A stretch of DNA of 64,000 bases from NCBI GenBank assembly GCA_963755025.1, contig CAVWIH010000019.1, forward strand, positions 32,001-96,000. The letters run 5' to 3'. The notes below the pieces were generated by a model. The model did not search any database and had not been told where the DNA came from. It was given only the letters and a program-made list of their open reading frames with translations. The DNA comes from an uncultured Actinomycetes bacterium (lineage in GTDB: Bacteria; Actinomycetota; Thermoleophilia; UBA2241). Within the stretch, counting starts at the first letter, position 1. Each line of letters starts with the position of its first letter. A program made the translations under genes and the position numbers. Below are positions 9,994 to 21,970 of this stretch, piece by piece.

Positions 9994-10305
9994 CTACGCG
10001 CGCCGGCGGGGGTGCGAAAGCTCGGGAGCGTCGTCTGTCGAGCGCACGTCCACGCGAGCCGCCTCGCGGTGACCGCGGGAGAGGCGGTAGGCGGTCAGGC
10101 TGAGGGCGGCGGCGCCGGTCAGCACAAGGAGCACGACCAGGTAGAAGCCCGACGTATAGCCGTGGCCGTCCTGGGCGGCGAACGAGCCCAGCGTGAGGCC
10201 GTGGGGATAGAGGGCGAGCGCGGCCGTGTGCACGACGCGCCCGGCGACGACTGCGAGCACGGCGAACCCGAAGAGCGCGAGCCCTCCGGCTACCTTTGAC
10301 TGCAT
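9994..10305 (-). CDS. Small two-TM hypothetical membrane protein
   Basis: MQSKVAGGLALFGFAVLAVVAG...FYLVVLLVLTGAAALSL; GGAGG RBS before ATG 10305. Confidence 0.6.
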   Translation of the reverse strand: MQSKVAGGLALFGFAVLAVVAGRVVHTAALALYPHGLTLGSFAAQDGHGYTSGFYLVVLLVLTGAAALSLTAYRLSRGHREAARVDVRSTDDAPELSHPRRRA

Positions 10306-10560
10306 GACATCCTCCGGCGTCGTACTCGGGTGGCCGACGTGTGGTCGGTGCAACACCATTCGGCAGTGACGATACCCACGGCGTATGAAGCTCCCGTGAA
10401 CATGGCTGAGAATGACCTGTGAGTTTGCGGCGGCCCGGACGCGCTTTGGGCGGCGCGGGTCTGGGCGGGCGCGGCTCCGCCGGCCCGCCTCACGCGCCTC
10501 GCCGCCCGCCGCGACCAAACGGCGCCCGCGCGCCCGCCAACGGGTACGTAGGCGGTCGTC

Positions 10561-11262
10561 ATGGACGTCATCATCATTCCGGGGTTCTGGCTGAACGCCG
10601 CGTCGTGGGCCGACATCGTGCCCGCGCTCGAGGCGGCCGGGCACCGGGTGCGCGCGCTCACGCTGCCCGGCCTGGCGTCGGTCGACGACGAGCGGGCCGG
10701 CATAGGCTTGGCCGATCACGTCGCCGCGGTCGTGGCGGCCGTCGACGAAGCAGACGGGCCGGTCGTGCTGGTCGGTCACAGCGGCGGTGGGGCGATCGCC
10801 CACGCGGCGGTCGACGCGCGCCCCGACCGGGTCGCTCGCGTGGTCTACGTCGACGCCGTGCCGCTCGGCGACGGCGACACGATCAACGACAAGCTGCCGG
10901 TCGTGAACGGCGAGATCCCGTTGCCCGACTGGTCGGTGTTCGGCGACGAGGACCTGGCCGATCTCAGCGACGACCTGCGCGCGCACTTTCGTGAGACGGC
11001 GATCCCCGAGCCCGTGGGTGTGGCGACCGACCACCAGACGCTGCGCGACCCGCGTCGCTACGACGTGCCGATCACCGTGATCACCTGCGAGTTCCCGGCC
11101 GAGACGATGCGCGACCTGATGGCGAACGGCCACTGGTACACGGCGGAGCTCGCCAGGGTGCGGGACGTGCAGATCGTCGACCTGCCGACCGGGCATTGGC
11201 CGATGTTCACCAAACCGGCCGAGCTTGGGGCGACGATCGTCGCCGTCCTCGCCCTCGCCTGA
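10561..11262 (+). CDS. Alpha/beta hydrolase (esterase-like)
   Basis: GHSGGG nucleophile elbow, C-terminal TGHWPMF. Confidence 0.9.
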   Translation: MDVIIIPGFWLNAASWADIVPALEAAGHRVRALTLPGLASVDDERAGIGLADHVAAVVAAVDEADGPVVLVGHSGGGAIAHAAVDARPDRVARVVYVDAVPLGDGDTINDKLPVVNGEIPLPDWSVFGDEDLADLSDDLRAHFRETAIPEPVGVATDHQTLRDPRRYDVPITVITCEFPAETMRDLMANGHWYTAELARVRDVQIVDLPTGHWPMFTKPAELGATIVAVLALA

Positions 11263-11273
11263 GGGTGAGGCGC

Positions 11274-13963
<2,690 letters not shown>

Positions 13964-14101
13964 AGTCGGTCAGTCCAAGGTAGCGCGGGGGGAGTAAAAG
14001 AGAAGGAACTTCCCTTTCAGAGATAGTAGTGGCTGCGCGCCCGCGACTCAACAGTCACCTGATACCATCGCCGCTCCCGTGCATCTCGAGGAGGAAGCTT
14101 C

Positions 14102-14605
14102 ATGGACGATCCCGTCCTCGCGCGGCGCAGCATCCGCGCCTATACGGCCGAACCGGTCGCCGACGAGCAGGTCGAGCGCCTGCTGCGCGCCGCCATGGCG
14201 GCGCCCTCGGCCGGCAACCAGCAGCCCTGGCGCTTCGTCACGGTCACCGACCGCGCCCTGCTCGCGCAGATCCCTCCCGTGCACCCCTACGCCCGCATGC
14301 TCGACCACGCCCCGCTGGCGATCGTCGTGTGCGGCGTCGACAGCGACATCCGCTGGCCGGCGCTCTGGCCCCAGGACTGCGCCGCCGCGGTCGAGAACAT
14401 CCTGATCGAGGCGGTGCTGCTCGAGCTGGGCGCCGTGTGGCTCGGCGTCTATCCGATCGACGAGCGCGTGGCGGCGCTGCGGCGGCTGTTCGCCCTGCCC
14501 GACGAGGTCACGCCCTTCGCGGTGGTCGCCGTCGGTCACCCCGCCGCCGCCAAGCCGCCGGCCGAGCGCTACCGGGTCGAGTGGGTGCACCGCGAGCGCT
14601 GGTAG
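14102..14605 (+). CDS. Nitroreductase family protein
   Basis: RRSIRAY, AMAAPSAGNQQPWRF, QDCAAAVENIL, LGAVWLG. Confidence 0.92.
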   Translation: MDDPVLARRSIRAYTAEPVADEQVERLLRAAMAAPSAGNQQPWRFVTVTDRALLAQIPPVHPYARMLDHAPLAIVVCGVDSDIRWPALWPQDCAAAVENILIEAVLLELGAVWLGVYPIDERVAALRRLFALPDEVTPFAVVAVGHPAAAKPPAERYRVEWVHRERW

Positions 14606-14699
14606 GCCGCTCCCGCCCGAGGGGCCGTTTCGGGCGTGGTAAGGTGTCGCTTCCGCTCGGCGGCCTCCGGCGCCGCCTGAGCGCCTGACTGGAGGACGC

Positions 14700-15008
14700 G
14701 TGGCAGACACCTGGATCAAGGTCGCTTCCGAGGGCGCGGTGCCCGACGGCGGCGTCCTGCCCGTCTACCCCCGGGGACTGGGCGTGCTGCTCATCAAGGC
14801 CGACGGCGCGGTCTACGCCATCGCCAACCGCTGCGCCCACATGGCCTGCCCGCTCGAAGGCGGCGAGCGCGACGGCTTTCTCATCACCTGCCCGTGCCAC
14901 GACTGGCGCTTCGACGTGCGCACCGGCGCCTTCGCCGCGGCGCCCGAGATCACCATCCCGACCTACCGCGTCCGCATCGAGGGCGGCGAGGTCTTCGTCG
15001 AGCTCTGA
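14700..15008 (+). CDS. Rieske-type [2Fe-2S] ferredoxin
   Basis: CAH...CPCH Rieske ligands; GGAGG RBS; TGGTAAGGT extended -10 upstream. Confidence 0.9.
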   Translation: MADTWIKVASEGAVPDGGVLPVYPRGLGVLLIKADGAVYAIANRCAHMACPLEGGERDGFLITCPCHDWRFDVRTGAFAAAPEITIPTYRVRIEGGEVFVEL

Positions 15009-15020
15009 AAAGGTGGAAGC

Positions 15021-15278
15021 GTGAGCGACCCCGTGTTCGTCTACTCCCTGAGCACCTGCCCCTGGTGCCGCAAGGCCAAGCAGTACTTCGAAGAGAACGC
15101 CGTCGCCTTCGAGGCGGTCGACGTCGACCTGTTGCCCGACGACGAGAGCGACCGGCTGGCCGACGAGGCCTACACGCTCTCCGGCTCACGGGCTTACCCG
15201 GTCGTCAAGATCGGCGGCGAAGTGATCGTGGGCTACGCGCCCGAGCGCTTCGCCACCCTGCTGGGGATCGAGGCCTGA
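15021..15278 (+). CDS. Glutaredoxin/NrdH-like redoxin
   Basis: YSLSTCPWC active site, YPVV, IVGY. Confidence 0.9.
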   Translation: MSDPVFVYSLSTCPWCRKAKQYFEENAVAFEAVDVDLLPDDESDRLADEAYTLSGSRAYPVVKIGGEVIVGYAPERFATLLGIEA

Positions 15279-15616
15279 TGGCCCACGAAGCGCGCATCGC
15301 GGCGCTGCGCGAGTTCTTCACGCCGCTCGTCGGGGCGCTGGGCTACAAGTTCACACCCGACACCGAGCTCGCCGATTTTCTGCTCGAACAAGAGGCCGTG
15401 CTCGAAGAGAACAAGGGCGCGCCGTACTGTCCCTGCCAGGGCCGCACGCGCACCCGCGAGCACGACATGAAGATCGTCTGCCCGTGCATCCCCTACCACC
15501 GGGCGCACTTCGACGCCATGCGCCGCTGCTGGTGCGGCCTGTTCGTGCACGCAGACGTGACCGACCCCGGCCTGCTGCCGCAGATCGCGGCGAGCGAGCT
15601 CGGGGTCGAGGAATGA
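15278..15616 (+). CDS. Ferredoxin-thioredoxin reductase catalytic-subunit-like protein
   Basis: YCPCQ...VCPC...CWCGLF triple Cys-pair pattern; ATG overlaps the glutaredoxin TGA. Confidence 0.88.
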   Translation: MAHEARIAALREFFTPLVGALGYKFTPDTELADFLLEQEAVLEENKGAPYCPCQGRTRTREHDMKIVCPCIPYHRAHFDAMRRCWCGLFVHADVTDPGLLPQIAASELGVEE

Positions 15617-15622
15617 GGCGCC

Positions 15623-16009
15623 ATGTGGACTGAAGTCGCCAAGGTCGACGACCTCGCCGCCGGAGGCCTGAAGTTCGTCAAGCTCGGCGCCGCGCAGGCG
15701 ACGCTCGCCAACTGCGGCGGCACCTTCTACGCCGTCGGCCGCCGCTGCGGCCACATGAACGCGCCGCTCGACCAGGGTTCCCTCTCCGGGTACGTGCTCA
15801 CCTGCCCGCTGCACTTCGGCCAGTTCGACGTGCGTGACGGTTCGGTGCTGGCCTATCCGCTCGACCGCTACCTCGGCGACGAGGCGTTGCCGGCGCCGGC
15901 CCGGCGCGCGCTCGACGTCGAAGCGCGGCTGCAGCGCAAGATCCGCGTCGATGGCCTCGCCACCTGGCCGGTGCGCGTGGTCGGCGACGCGGTCGAGGTC
16001 GACGTCTAA
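15623..16009 (+). CDS. Second Rieske-type [2Fe-2S] ferredoxin
   Basis: CGH...CPLH ligands; FDVRDG. Confidence 0.88.
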   Translation: MWTEVAKVDDLAAGGLKFVKLGAAQATLANCGGTFYAVGRRCGHMNAPLDQGSLSGYVLTCPLHFGQFDVRDGSVLAYPLDRYLGDEALPAPARRALDVEARLQRKIRVDGLATWPVRVVGDAVEVDV

Positions 16010-16106
16010 CGCTCGCGGCGCGACCGCCGCGCCCCCTCTCGTTCACCGAGGGGCGCCCTTCGCGCTCGTACAGGTTCGCAAACGTAAGCGACAAGGAGGG
16101 AACACC

Positions 16107-16700
<594 letters not shown>

Positions 16701-16729
16701 CGCGCAGGGCGCCGCGCCGCCGGCGGGCC

Positions 16730-17761
16730 TTGCCCGCCGCCGGCGCGGCGCTTGCCCGCCGCCGAGCGCCGCGCCGCCGGCCTCGCCCCGCCCGCCGTTT
16801 CCAAACAAGCGTCGCCGAGCCCCAGCCGGGTAAGGTTTTCCCGAGAGTCCGAGCGCGAAGGGGACTGGCCATCTACCGACGGACAGCGGCTGCGGCCCAC
16901 AACGACGACGCCGAAGAGCCCCGCAGCGGGGGCGGCGTCGAACACTGGCCCGGGTTCGGACCCGGGCGCCAGATCCTGCTGACGATCAGCCCGCCCGCCC
17001 TGGCGGCTGTGCTGGCCGCGGCCGGCTTTCCATCGCTGCGCGTCTGCCTTGTCGGCATCGCCGCCGTCGCCGCCGGGGCGCCCGCCGTCTACGCCGGGCG
17101 CGGGGCGCTCGACCGGCGCCTCGCGCGCTCCTCTTCGCACTCCGGGCTTGCCCGCCCGGTCCGGCTGGGCACCGGCTGGGTCGTGGCCCTGGCCGTGCTG
17201 TCGGCGGCGCTCGCGCTGGTCCTTTCGCCGCTCTGCCTCGCCCTGTACGCGGCGGCCGTGGCGAGCGCCCTGGTCGCTCGCCTGCTGCGTGCGGTGACCG
17301 CCTGGGAGACGGTGGCGGCGGGGGTCTCGGTCGGCCTCGCCGGCCTGGCCGGCTGGGCCGCCGTCGCGCCGCTTGCGCCGCGCGTGGTGACCGTCTTTGC
17401 CTTCTTCGCCCTGTGGACGGTCGGCGGCTGCGCGATCGCCGAAGACCTGGCCAACCTCGACCGTGACCGCTTTCGCGGACTGACCACCGTCGCCACGGTG
17501 CACGGCGCCCTCGCCGCGGCGCGCGCCGCCTGCGTGCTCAGCTTCGCCGCCCTCGCCGCGACCATCGCGCTGCCCATGCCCGGCGGCTTCGCCAACGACC
17601 TCGCCCTGGTGATCGGGGTGGTCGTGGTGGCCGTGCCGGGGGCGCAGCTGTGGCACCGGCCCACGAGCGCCGAGGCGGTCGCCTTCTTCGACCGGGTGAG
17701 CCTCTACCCCGCGGCGGTGCTGCTCGTGGCGCTGCTGCCGGCCGTGCTCAAGGCTCTGTAG
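16730..17761 (+). CDS. Degenerate UbiA-family prenyltransferase-like membrane protein (start uncertain, possibly a pseudogene)
   Basis: Multiple TM helices; second Asp-rich motif partly kept (EDLANLDRDRFRGLTT), first eroded (VYAGRGALDRRL); no good start codon near the homologous part (~16960). Confidence 0.55.
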   Translation: MPAAGAALARRRAPRRRPRPARRFQTSVAEPQPGKVFPRVRARRGLAIYRRTAAAAHNDDAEEPRSGGGVEHWPGFGPGRQILLTISPPALAAVLAAAGFPSLRVCLVGIAAVAAGAPAVYAGRGALDRRLARSSSHSGLARPVRLGTGWVVALAVLSAALALVLSPLCLALYAAAVASALVARLLRAVTAWETVAAGVSVGLAGLAGWAAVAPLAPRVVTVFAFFALWTVGGCAIAEDLANLDRDRFRGLTTVATVHGALAAARAACVLSFAALAATIALPMPGGFANDLALVIGVVVVAVPGAQLWHRPTSAEAVAFFDRVSLYPAAVLLVALLPAVLKAL

Positions 17762-17782
17762 GCGTGGTCGCGCGTCGGTCGC

Positions 17783-19628
17783 GTGGTAGTGTCTGCTGAC
17801 AACGAAGGGGCTCGCGCCCAGAAGGGACCCGGCGTGCCGCTGCTGCGCCTCGACGAAGACCCCGGCCAGCTCGTCCTGCACGTGCAGGGCGCGGTCTGCG
17901 CTACCACGCGCGAGGTCGTCGAGAGCGAACCCTTCGCGCGCCTGCTCGCGCTCTACCTCGCCCATCTCGCCGCCCACGACGGGCCCTTGCTCGACGCCCT
18001 CTGCCTCGACGCCGGCAGCGGGCCTGCCTGCGCCGATCTGCTCGACCTGTTGCGCCTGCTCGCCCACAACCCGCTCGAGCGGGTGGTGCGCATGTCTCCC
18101 GAGCGCGCCCCCCTGCTCGACCACCGCCCCGCCCTGCACCGCTTCATCGAAGGGCTCTACGACTTCTGGCGGCGGTTCGACCGCTTTCTCATCGACCACG
18201 CCGTGGCCGGCAGCGCCGGGCACGGCGCCGCCACCTACCGCGCCTTCAGCTCGAGCCTCGAGGCGCTCGCCGCGCTGGTGCGCGACCTCTACCGCGACGT
18301 CGCCGAGAACGTGACCGGCGCGCACCCGCTGGTCTATCGCCAGGTGCACGCCGGGGCCGAGCTCGGCGTCGTCGTCGCCGCGCGGCCCTGGCCGGGGCCG
18401 CGCGCCTACCGCGCGCTGCTCGGCGACCTGCCGTTCGTGACCCGCGTCGTCATGTATCCGCCGGTGGTCCTCGACCCGCCGACCAACACGCGCGCCGGCA
18501 TGTTCACCGAGGTGACCGACGACCCGCTCGCCGGCCTGCGGCTCGACCCGGAGCGCTGGTTCTGCTACCCGGCCGTCGTCGGGCGCCTCGTCGTGTTCGT
18601 CTACGTCGAGCAGCGCTTCATGGGCCTGGGGCTGTCGCTGGCCAACCTCTTCGAGCTCGCCGGCGACGAGCAGGTCGCCGCCGGGCCCGACGCCGTCCTG
18701 CTGTTCGGCGCTCCGCCCGACGCGCTGCGGCGCTTCGGCGAGCCGCCCACCGTGTTCCACGCCGACAGGGCCAACGGCCTGCTGACCGGCGTGGTGCCGC
18801 TCGACGACCGCTTCGCCTACTTCGGCTACCTCAAGAAGATGATCCTCACGCTGCACAACGTGGCCGCCATGGAGCGCGGCATCATGCCGTACCACGGCGC
18901 CTTCACGAGGCTCGTGCTGCGCGGCGGCGCCGCCGCCGGCGTGCTGCTGGTCGGCGACACGGCGACGGGCAAGTCGGAGACCCTCGAGGCGCTGCGCCTC
19001 GACCCCGGCGGCCGGGTCGCCGAGCTGCGCATCGTGGCCGACGACATGGGTACCCTCGAGGTGGTGAGCCCGCGACGGCCGCCCGGTGGTGCTCGGCTAC
19101 GGCACCGAGATCGGCGCCTTCGTGCGCCTCGACGACCTGCAGCAGGGCTACGCCATCGGGCAGATCGACCGCGCCATCATCATGAGCCCGCAGAAGGTCA
19201 ACGCCCGGGTGGTGCTGCCGGTGACCACGCTGCACGAGGTGCAGCGGGGCTGAGCCGTCGACGTGCTGCTCTACGCCAACAACTTCGAGCCGGTCGACGA
19301 CGACCACCCGCTGATCGAGCGGTTCGCCGACCTGGACGCCGCCCTCGCGGTGTTCCGCGAGGGCCGCGCCCTGTCGAAGGGCACGACCGCCGCCAGGGGC
19401 CTGGTGGCCAACTACTTCGCCAACATCTTCGGCCCGGCGCAGCGCCCGGAGCAGCACGACGTGGTCGCCGAGCGGGCCTTCGCGGCCGCCTTTGCCGGCG
19501 GCGTGTTCGTCGGCCAGCTGCGCACCAGGCTGGCGTTGCCCGGCTTTGCCGCCGAAGGGCCCCGCGCCGCCGCCGCGGCGCTGCTCGAGCTGATCGATCA
19601 GATCACGAAAGGAGAGGCACGTACGTGA
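17783..19628 (+). CDS. PEP carboxykinase/HPr-kinase-superfamily P-loop protein; frameshift near 19069 and in-frame TGA at 19251
   Basis: FGYLKKMILTLHN, PYHGA, GDTATGKSETLEA (Walker A), IVADDMG, then in the shifted frame GTEIGAFVRLDDL...LLYANNFE...FFGP-like NIFGP. Confidence 0.75.
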
Positions 19629-20500
19629 AGGCGCTCTATGAGACCAACGAGACCGACCTGGAGCTCGTGAGTCGCGGCAAGGTGCGCGATGTCTACGCGC
19701 TCGGCGACGACACGCTGGTGATCGTCGCCACCGACCGCATCTCGGCGTTCGACGTGATCCTGCCGACGCCCATCCCCGGCAAGGGCGAGGTGCTCACCCA
19801 GCTCTCGAACTTCTGGTTCGAGCGTACGCGCGACATCATCGCCAACCATGTCGTCGACCCCGAACCGTTCGCCAACCGACCCGCCAAGGCGCATCTCCAG
19901 GGCCGTTCGGTCGCGGTGCGGCGCTGCGAGGCGCTGCCCATAGAGGCCATCGTGCGCGGCTATCTCACCGGCTCCGGCCTCAAGGACTACGAGCGCAGCG
20001 GCCAGGTCTGCGGCATCGACCTGCCTCCCGGCCTGGTCGACGGCAGCCGGCTGCCCGAGACGATCTTCGCGCCCTCGACCAAGGCGGCGCTGGGCGCCCA
20101 CGACGAGAACATCGCCTTCGATGCGGTGGCCGGCCTGATCGGCCCCGGCCTTGCGGCGCAGGTGCGCGACGTGGCCGTGGCGCTCTACGAGTGGGGCGCT
20201 GCCTACGCCCTCGAGCGCGGCATCATCATCGCCGACACGAAGTTCGAGTTCGGCCTGCTCGACGGCGAGCTCCTGCTGATCGACGAAGCCCTCACCCCCG
20301 ACTCGTCGCGCTTCTGGCCGGTCGACGGCTACGAGCCGGGACACGCCCAGCCCAGCTACGACAAGCAGTTCGTGCGCGACTACCTCGAGACGCTCGACTG
20401 GGACAAGAAGGCCCCGGGCCCCGAACTGCCGCCCGACATCGTGGACCGCACCGCCGCCAAGTACGCCGAGGCCCAGCGCCGCCTCACCGACAGGTCGTAG
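19625..20500 (+). CDS. purC: SAICAR synthetase
   Basis: RGKVRDVY, TDRISAFD, RGYLTGSG, IADTKFEFG, DEALTPDSSRFW, SYDKQFVRD; AAAGGAG RBS, GTGA overlap. Confidence 0.97.
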   Translation: MKALYETNETDLELVSRGKVRDVYALGDDTLVIVATDRISAFDVILPTPIPGKGEVLTQLSNFWFERTRDIIANHVVDPEPFANRPAKAHLQGRSVAVRRCEALPIEAIVRGYLTGSGLKDYERSGQVCGIDLPPGLVDGSRLPETIFAPSTKAALGAHDENIAFDAVAGLIGPGLAAQVRDVAVALYEWGAAYALERGIIIADTKFEFGLLDGELLLIDEALTPDSSRFWPVDGYEPGHAQPSYDKQFVRDYLETLDWDKKAPGPELPPDIVDRTAAKYAEAQRRLTDRS

Positions 20501-20549
20501 CCGAGACGGATCGTCACGCCACAGCCGAGCTAGACAGGGAGGCGCGCGC

Positions 20550-21068
20550 ATGCGCCTGAGCCGAGCGACCTTCTGGGGCGCCGTGGTGCTCACGATCGTG
20601 CTGGTCGGGGTGGGCATCTGGTTCTACGTGCGCGACGACTACCCGTTCCAGATCGGTTCGAGTGAGATCACCGGGATGGTGTATCACTCGGTGGCCTCGG
20701 GTCGCCCGGTGGCGGGCTACGTCGGCAACCCTCCCGCCGAGCTCGCCACCTGGATCAGCGGCATGGAGGAGACCTCGACGCCCGAGTCGTCTCCGGCCAC
20801 CACGGTCGTGACGATCGTGCGCTCCGACGGACCGTCGCTGCGCATCGCCATGGACGGGTCGCGCGGCTATGCGAGCTGGGTGAGCGCCGACGGCACGGCG
20901 ACGCCGGCGGTCGGCCTGCATCTGAACGAGTCGTTCGTCTGGTACGTGCGCGGCGTGGGCGACGCGTTCGCCACGACGCGCCACGGCGTGACGCCTCGCA
21001 CGGCCCCGAGCGCCACCGGCGCCTCGCCCCGGGCGAGCGTGTCGCCACAAGGGAGCGCGTCGCCCTGA
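20550..21068 (+). CDS. Hypothetical membrane-anchored protein with Ser/Pro-rich tail
   Basis: N-terminal TM helix, GGGAGG RBS. Confidence 0.65.
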   Translation: MRLSRATFWGAVVLTIVLVGVGIWFYVRDDYPFQIGSSEITGMVYHSVASGRPVAGYVGNPPAELATWISGMEETSTPESSPATTVVTIVRSDGPSLRIAMDGSRGYASWVSADGTATPAVGLHLNESFVWYVRGVGDAFATTRHGVTPRTAPSATGASPRASVSPQGSASP

Positions 21069-21104
21069 GCGAGCGCGTCGCCCTGAGCGAGCGCGTCGCC
21101 CTGG
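21033..21104 (+). repeat. 18-bp tandem repeat (4 units) spanning the stop codon of ORF 20550
   Basis: gcgagcgtgtcgccacaa gggagcgcgtcgccctga gcgagcgcgtcgccctga gcgagcgcgtcgccctgg. Confidence 0.85.
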
Positions 21105-21342
21105 GCCAACACTGCGCGACCGAGCTTTCTCGCCAAGAAGCGCCTCGCCGCGAACGAGCCTGTCGCCCCAGGTGGACGCTCCGCCGAGGCCCCGATCCGG
21201 GCCTGCGGTCCCCAGAGTACGAGGCGGGCTTGGGCTGCCCCGCGGCTGGGTAGAAGACGCCTTGCTCGCGAGCGCCGTGGGCCGGCCATGCACTGCCGGC
21301 GCTCCGCCGGGCGATCCGCCGAGATCAAAGAAGGAGGGCACC

Positions 21343-21762
21343 GTGCTGAAAGGCTTCAAGGAGTTCATCTTACGCGGCAACGTGGTCGACCTGGCCGTGG
21401 CGGTGGTCATCGGCGCGGCCTTCGGCGCGGTCATCACGGCCTTCGTCGCCGACATCATCACGCCGCTCATCGCGGCCATCTTCGGCAAGCCCGATTTCTC
21501 GGCGCTGACGTTCACGATCAACCACAGCACGTTCAAGTACGGCTCGTTCATCAACGCCGTGATCGCCTTCGTGCTGATCGCGGCCGCGGTCTACTTAGTC
21601 ATCATCGTGCCGATGAACTCGATCGCCGCCAGGCGCGCCCGTGGCGAAGGTCCGCAGGACCCCACGACCAAAGAGTGCCCGCAGTGCCTGAGCGAGATCG
21701 CCATAGGCGCGCGGCGCTGCCCGCACTGCACCTCTGAGCTCGCCCCGGCGATCGGCGGCTGA
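21343..21762 (+). CDS. mscL: Large-conductance mechanosensitive channel with C-terminal CxxC-CxxC zinc ribbon
   Basis: LKGFKEFILRGNVVDLAVAVVIGAAF; tail KECPQCLSEIAIGARRCPHCTS; AAGGAGG RBS. Confidence 0.95.
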   Translation: MLKGFKEFILRGNVVDLAVAVVIGAAFGAVITAFVADIITPLIAAIFGKPDFSALTFTINHSTFKYGSFINAVIAFVLIAAAVYLVIIVPMNSIAARRARGEGPQDPTTKECPQCLSEIAIGARRCPHCTSELAPAIGG

Positions 21763-21771
21763 GGCTCGCCG

Positions 21772-21858
21772 GACCGGTCGACCCCGAGACCAGTAGACCG
21801 CAAGACCGGTCGACCGCGAGACCAGTAGACCGCGGACTGGTCGACCGCGAGACGGCAG
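21772..21858. repeat. GACC-initiated 8-bp tandem array with 32-bp higher-order period
   Basis: gaccggtc gaccccga gaccagta gaccgcaa gaccggtc gaccgcga gaccagta gaccgcg gactggtc gaccgcga gacggcag. Confidence 0.85.
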
Positions 21859-21970
21859 GCCGCGGGGCGGAGGGCCGCGCGCTTTGCGCCTGGCCTGCCG
21901 CCCCGCTCTGCTGTTGTGCCGGGAACGAGGCGCCGCGGCGTCGACGGAGGCGTCGGGACTCGATCGCGCG

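Noticed and set aside
14003-14016. Imperfect palindrome AAGGAACTTCCCTT in the divergent promoter before the nitroreductase
   Set aside because: Too short and imperfect, and matches no Fur/PerR/Rex consensus I can support
17783-20500. 905-aa PEPCK-like::PurC fusion ORF
   Set aside because: The middle is off-frame Arg/Ala/Pro-rich text after the ~19069 frameshift; purC has its own RBS and GTG
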